Source: Eledone cirrhosa
Taxonomy: Eukaryota
Assembly (NCBI GenBank): GCA_964016885.1
Contig: OZ024743.1
Span: 86,862,001-86,926,000, forward strand
DNA: 64,000 nt
Reading direction: 5' to 3'
Both the position numbers and the translations under genes were made by a program. Positions within the stretch are counted from its first letter, which is position 1. Every line of letters starts with the position of its first letter. The notes beneath the pieces are model-generated. The model saw only the letters and a program-made list of their open reading frames with translations. It was not told the origin of the DNA and did no database searches. This document shows, piece after piece, positions 58,003 to 64,000 of this stretch.

Positions 58003-58800
58003 GTGCTTAAATCAGGTCTGTGTGGGGCCCACTCAAAATATCAGTCTTCAAACTGATCACGAATTCCAAAGTTATTTTTCAGCCATTCTCATGGTTCATT
58101 AGAGGCTTCGTCTTGCCAGAACCCAAACGTATTAATCAGAGATGAGTACATGGTCTGCAGCTCTTTTTTGAAGTCTTCCACGACGTCTACATAGCATTCC
58201 TTTGTGATTGTAGCAGTGACACCATTTTCTTAGAAGGAAAATGGGCCAATTAACCCTCTCTCAGAAATGGCAGCCCAGACGGTACATTTAGCTGAGTGGA
58301 GAGCTTTCATAGCCCCTTCAGTGGGTATCTCTGAAAACATTGTTATTAGAGTTGATAGTCCCCATTGGGCTTTATCAGAGGTCGAAAGTTGATTCAGAAA
58401 ATGTGGGTTGTTTTCCTTTTTCTCCAGCATTTTCTCAGCCATAGCCTTTCTTTTGGTCTTATCAGCTACAGTAGGCTTTTGTTTAGTCTGTATTTTGAGG
58501 GGTACATCTTTAGATCCTCTTTGACAACCCTTCTGCAAGTTTCTGTGGAGTGACCCAAGGATTGGCTTCTTCTGCACAGCGATCATTTTGTGGGTCGTCC
58601 AGAGAGAGTAGGACGGTCTTGAGACATTGTATTGAGGCTCTCCAACATTCCATAGGTCTCAAACTTCACCCAGCTTTGTTTATTGGCTTTAAAAAGAAAT
58701 TTGTTCGTTCTAAAAAGTGTATGACATTTTTCCGGGACTTGCTTGTATGAGCCACACTTATAGTAGTTTTCCAGACAGAACATCCGGTGATGTATTGAGG
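57700..58800 (-). mobile_element. Decayed Tc1/mariner-superfamily transposase, second family
   Basis: Fragments SGRP, SDKA.., CTVWAAISERGLIGPF, WAPHRPDL and FFLWSYLKDMVYAKKP; (TG)n tract at 57896-58006 splits the motif. Confidence 0.75.
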
Positions 58801-58916
58801 TCTTGTTGTTTTCTCATATATTATATCTGCCGTGTTCTCAAATTTAAGGTTGATAGGTTAGAAAATGAATACACTGTGACACAAAACGTGCGTGGGACCA
58901 GGGTTTTAGTCACACC

Positions 58917-59011
<95 letters not shown>

Positions 59012-59169
59012 ACACACACACATGTATATATATATGTGTGTGTGTATGTATATATATATGTGTGTGTATGTATATATTTATATACATATAGTGAAAAATG
59101 GAACGGGAACAAAACAGAGAGGTAGTACGAACAAAGGTTTATTAGTTTCACGCTCTTTGTGTGTGTGTG

Positions 59170-59235
<66 letters not shown>

Positions 59236-59507
59236 CACACACACACATATATATATATATACATGTATACACATACACATGCACGAAGCATTGGGGGTGT
59301 TATGATGTTCATAGAAAATATAAGAAACGTAGGCTCAGAAATAACTGTAAATACAGTCGGTTGCTATAAATAATAGCTTAGAAAGACGTGTAAAACACTC
59401 ATGGGTAGAAAAAAATGGCAAGCGGCTGCTGCGAAGAATCGACCTTCGTATCTGAAAGATTTAACTTTTTCCTCTTCTTTTTATTGCAAACATTATATAA
59501 TGCAATA

Positions 59508-59680
59508 ACGCGTCGAATTGGCAGAGTCGTTAAAACGTTGGATAGAATACTTTGTGGCATTCGTTTCGGTTGTCTGCTCTCTGAGTTCAAATCCCACCGA
59601 GATCAACTTTGCCTTTCGTTCTTTCGAGGTTCATAAAACAAAATACCAGTTTAGAACTGGGGTCAATTCTCCCTCTATAT
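59508..59680 (+). mobile_element. SINE copy
   Basis: aattggcagagtcgtta...ctgagttcaaatcccaccgagatcaactttgcctttc. Confidence 0.8.
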
Positions 59681-60237
59681 TTCCTCCTCATTTCTATTGT
59701 CTCTCACTCACTATGCATCTCTGGAAGAAATCTGCTGGTGAGGGGATAGGCGCCGGAAAATTAAAACAAATGCGCTAGAAACATCCCAACGATTTCATCA
59801 GGAGTTACGGCACCAAGAGTGAAGAGATATAATCTAATAGAAATTTGTTTGAAATAGTTGTTCAAATCTATCGTTATGAAAGCATAAACACCACATAAAC
59901 CTTATTAGAGAATAGTCTAATTGTGTGCGACGAATATCAATGTTTTTTTAAATGCTTTCTTCTATTTACACAATTCTTCTCTTTACACAATTCCATACCA
60001 ATTCAACAAGGATTATAGTTGTATAGTTGTATGTGTAACTGAATAAAACAAGATTCAATGAATGATTAACCAACAAACACAGAAAACCAATTTGATGGTG
60101 TTTTATGACGTCAGGAGATTACTTACAATTGTTGTTTCTAGTAAAACATAATGCTGCAATACACCTAACAATGTTGCAGGCAGTTATTCTATCATATTCC
60201 ACAACTAGAAATATCTTCTAGAATAGAGCACTCAAAT

Positions 60238-60646
60238 CAGGGACTGAAAAGGGCCGTTAGGTCCCGGGGAAAAAGGACAGTCGGCCAAAAATGTGTGATA
60301 GGGGTAGGATGCGTGATTTCCATCAATTATAATGCTAATGTGCAATCGGAACGTTAGCAGCCCGTCTGAGGAAGGATTGCCGCGAGGTGGGTGGCTGTTG
60401 CAATGGGTGTCGCTGGCCATGTCCGAGGAAATGTCTTTGCAGTTTTGTCTGCAGAGCGCAGCCGAACACCACCCCACCCTAGGCACAGAGCCCATCACCC
60501 TCTCACCTTCCCCTCCCTTTCTTCTGTGGTCCAAGAGTCATTTCCGTTTCCCCCCTTTTCCTCTCATTTATGGTATTTTTCTGTTTCAAATGTTCTGCCG
60601 CGGGCTATAAAAAAGTAGTTTGCAGGCCGCGTCTTTCAGACCCCTG
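60238..60646. mobile_element. hAT-like MITE
   Basis: Imperfect TIRs CAGGGACTGAAA / TTTCAGACCCCTG with GC-rich subterminals; no clear 8-bp TSD. Confidence 0.5.
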
Positions 60647-61413
60647 GTATATAACTGACTTCAAAAACCTCCAAAGACTTACTGAATTTTCACAAAATGA
60701 CCTCTATTGTGCTTACGGTTGACGAATGCACTGCCATCAAATTCAGCGGTGGATTCTGAATAAAATATTCTGTGCATTTATCACATTTCTTCAAGTTCAC
60801 TATAACCTTTGATGCCAGTTTAACACCGAAACTGTATTACTTGCACGCTTGCTATTTCATACGTCCAATAATACATGAAATCAGTGATTTGTACAAGATA
60901 TAATTTTCACTCTAGAAAATGTGTCTGTCAAAACGACAATTGATTTCGACAATCTCATTTAATATATTTCCATGCATATCGATCTTTTGGTATACCTCTA
61001 TAGATATCCATCAGCTTGACGCAGGTGTTTAGTAAGCTTCATATCCTCACAACAACCAGGAGAAAGTCGAAGGCGTTCTTTCGCTTGTCATTAATTAAAG
61101 ATTGTCTGCATGAAGCTCATATTTAGGATTAACTTAAACTCACGCTCAAATTGATTTTATTTATCTCGTATCACTAACAAGTAAATTGGTGTGGGAGGAA
61201 ATTAATCAGTTTACGTTGTGAAATCACGAAGCAGAATTTTTCAACAATGTAAGATATAAGCTTTAATATTGTGTTTCAGAACAGTTCAAATTCACCTAAA
61301 AATGACTAAATATTTTCCACCCTTTACCAGTTTAAATATATATGCAAAAGGCAAACAGAAATAACAAAGCAACTAAGAAAACAACACAGTACAATGAATA
61401 TATATATATATAT

Positions 61414-61656
61414 AACGAAGGAAATGTGGTAAGGAACCAGGTGAACCATAACGCACCAAAGTACTCAATACTTAGGGTAGTAGAGTGGGTAATAGGAACG
61501 AGTAGGACCCCGACGGCTGAGCTCAAGCTGTTTCGACGGCTAATTCTGGACTATTTTAGTCCAGCTAATTCTGGACTGACGGCTAATTCTCGACTGTTTT
61601 AGCCCAGAATTAGCCGTCGAAACGGCTTGAGCTTAGCCGTCGGGGTCCTACTCGTT

Positions 61657-61661
<5 letters not shown>
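61414..61661. mobile_element. Family C fold-back insert, second copy
   Basis: Nearly identical to 35158-35362 with the same termini; loop has repeated gctaattct.gact micro-segments. Confidence 0.85.
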
Positions 61662-61735
<74 letters not shown>

Positions 61736-62079
61736 TCACTTTGGTGAACCTACAGTAACTTGACGTTACAATCCCTATATATATATATACGAGGGTCGTC
61801 TGAAAGGTTCATAGGCTGACCAAGATGCTCTCATGGAACATATATATATACAGTGGCGGACTGGGTCTAAAAATATTGGTTGCCAGGAGATGAAGGGGGC
61901 CCACCTATATATAGAATGCTATCATTTAATTTTTATAATGAATAAATAACATTTTCGAAAAATACATAAGTGTAAACGAAACAGAGCATTCAAATTTTTG
62001 CGGAAACATATGTTACCTTCTCCAATAAAAAATATTATGTATTTTGCGAAATATTCAATAATGACCAGAAATCGCCCCT

Positions 62080-62510
62080 ATATATTGCTAATAGCTCTAG
62101 GAAAGTCATGAACGACACCACATCTTTTTAACTTTGATTTTGAAAGTAGGTTTATAATTATCAATTTTCATTACGCTTTTGTAGCTGTTTCGGTAGCCTA
62201 GTTGGAGGTATCATAGACGGTGGTGATCCTGGTATGAAGTTCGATCCTGGGCGGGAGTAGGGCTCCAAGTAAACCTTTTCAGTTTTTTTCTATGGGTTGT
62301 AAAATAAAAAGTGAAAGAAAAACCTGTACCTCTCGACTAGGATTGCACCCAAGATCAGGATCTCCACAGTCTGTAGTACCTACTGCTAGGCCATAGAGAC
62401 AACTACAAAAATCTTATGAAAATTCATACTTATAAACCTATTTTCAAAACAAAGTGTTGTGGTGTCGTTCATGTCTCTCTTAATGTTATTGCTCTTACTT
62501 AAGGTCGACT
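62080..62510. repeat. ~430-bp imperfect palindrome with two convergent tRNA-like heads, copy 1
   Basis: catgaacgacaccac.../...gtggtgtcgttcatg arms; repeated at 62780-63705. Confidence 0.8.
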
Positions 62511-62779
62511 TCTAAATCATTTGGGTGTTCCATAAACTACATCCTCGTTTTGTTTCACATCTATCTACACTTTATTTTAACCTGTAATCCATGTTTCATT
62601 TATGTTGCACCTCATTTCTCTCCCCACCCCTCTCTCTCTTTCTCTCTGCATGTCAGATTGAAACTTACAAAGTTTGACATTATATATATATATATCATTT
62701 GTATGCTAAAATAATCAAATTAAATTAATTCAACAGTTAAACACACATAGGAATAATAAGTTGTTACCAAAGGGCCAGA

Positions 62780-63705
62780 GTCGACCCTAAATATTACTAA
62801 AAGCTCTAGGAACGCCATGAACGACAACACATCTTTTTAACTTTGATTTAGAAAGTAGGTTTATAATTATCAGTTTTCATTACGTTTTCGTAGCTGTCTC
62901 AGTGGCCCAGTTGGAGGTATCATAGACGGTGGTGATCCTGGTCTGAAGTTCGATCATGGTCGGGAGTAGGGTTCCCAGTAAACCTTTTCAGTTTTTGTTC
63001 TATAGCTTGTAAAATAAAAACTGAAAAAAGGTTACATCTACCTCTTGACCAGGATTGAACCCAAGACCAGGATCTCCACTGTCTCTAGTACCTACTGCTA
63101 GGCCACAGAGACAACTACGAAACTCTTATAAAAATTCATACTTATAAACCTACTTTCAAAATTTTCAAAACAAAGTGTAGTGGTGTCGTTCATGTCTTTC
63201 TTCATGTTACTAGCAGAAAATCACCCTTCGGGTGGTTTTCTGCTAGCGTGTGTGGTGTGCATATTGATATTATACACAAGTATATATGCATGTAGATATG
63301 ATACATCAAATAAAATCGTAATTGACAATATAGACAGAAATTGAACGAAGACTGCGTTACACTCTCTTATGTAATCAGTAACGTAATCCATGATAGATTA
63401 AAAAAAGACGATATTATATATAAACTGCATTAGGAGAAAATTAGTGATGGAAATATATGAATGTTTATTTAAGCGATCGCTTACCGGAAGTGTTGACATT
63501 TGAAAATTTTAAAGAAGTGAATCTTTAAATAAGCAATAAAATATATTTAATCAACAGCTACGAAATTTAGTAGATAAATTATGTAATATTCATTCATTAT
63601 TTATTCAAAGTAATCCAACATATTTTACAAACGGGATAAAAAATATATTCTGGACGCAGTCTCACACTCCTTTCTTTAATATAGTTTAGATTGCTCCTAC
63701 TAATA
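62780..63705. repeat. Palindrome copy 2, interrupted by a Helitron
   Basis: Tandem homologue of 62080-62510; tRNA-like units at 62896-62966 (+) and 63042-63112 (-). Confidence 0.8.
63210..63690 (-). mobile_element. Non-autonomous Helitron
   Basis: Minus strand starts TC, ends CTAG, has a terminal hairpin (63210-63246), and sits between A and T with no TSD; empty site atgtta|ttgctc seen in the paralogous repeat at ~62486. Confidence 0.85.
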
Positions 63706-64000
63706 TATGTATGCTTGCATGAATGAATACACTAAGCCTTAGATTTAGTAGAATGTACAACCACTATTCGCACTATCGTATATTTTGATTTCTAGCAATT
63801 CCCTGGGGAATTTCTTGACGAAATGCTTTGCTTAATTGTTTTATTTATTTAAACAATTTTTTTATTCTTTCTCTTAGATTTCAGGTATTTTTGAAAGCAA
63901 AGCATTGGCCCCTAAAGTACTACTGTGGGCTTCAGCAATGCTACCGTAAGCCCCCTGGGGCCCACTTGCCATTTGGCAACCTGGCAAATTGGCCAGTCCA

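Larger units (their letters stand above)
61851..64000. mobile_element. Non-autonomous hAT-like element running off the window end
   Basis: Left CAGTGGCGGACTGG..ttgccagg..gggggcccac; right cctggcaaattggCCAGTCC at the window edge. Confidence 0.65.

Noticed and set aside
62896-63112. Calling the tRNA-like units real tRNA genes
   Set aside because: I could not fold a proper acceptor and anticodon stem, so they are kept only as tRNA-like.

Overview
Eukaryotic, very AT-rich, repeat-dominated genomic DNA with no prokaryotic features. The abundant (TA)n/(CA)n/(TAA)n microsatellites and the dominant tRNA-derived SINE family suggest a cephalopod (octopus-like) genome; this is inference, not a database result. 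Nearly all ORFs in the supplied track are microsatellite translations. Real content: one ~1 kb non-TE coding exon (30010-31029, minus) and a weaker candidate exon (15692-15808); a ~10 kb head-to-tail pile of R4/Dong-type restriction-like-endonuclease LINEs inserted in (TAA)n (43683-53490); two decayed Tc1/mariner transposases; RTE LINE scraps; about 17 SINE copies; hAT and Tc1 MITEs; and a Helitron whose empty site is visible in a paralogous repeat. The main unexplained structure is 11 non-coding inserts in (TA)n tracts, from about 5-6 sequence families, with one shared architecture: (TA)n - short arm - spacer - inverted long arm with an extra ~30-85 nt tail - (TA)n. Most carry a whole, half or degenerate type I hammerhead ribozyme ~20-75 nt inside the short-arm end. 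I interpret them as a microsatellite-targeted, double-primed, Penelope-like retroelement system. A second oddity is a duplicated palindrome carrying two convergent tRNA-like Pol III cassettes (62080-63705). Coordinates were read by eye and may be off by a few bases.
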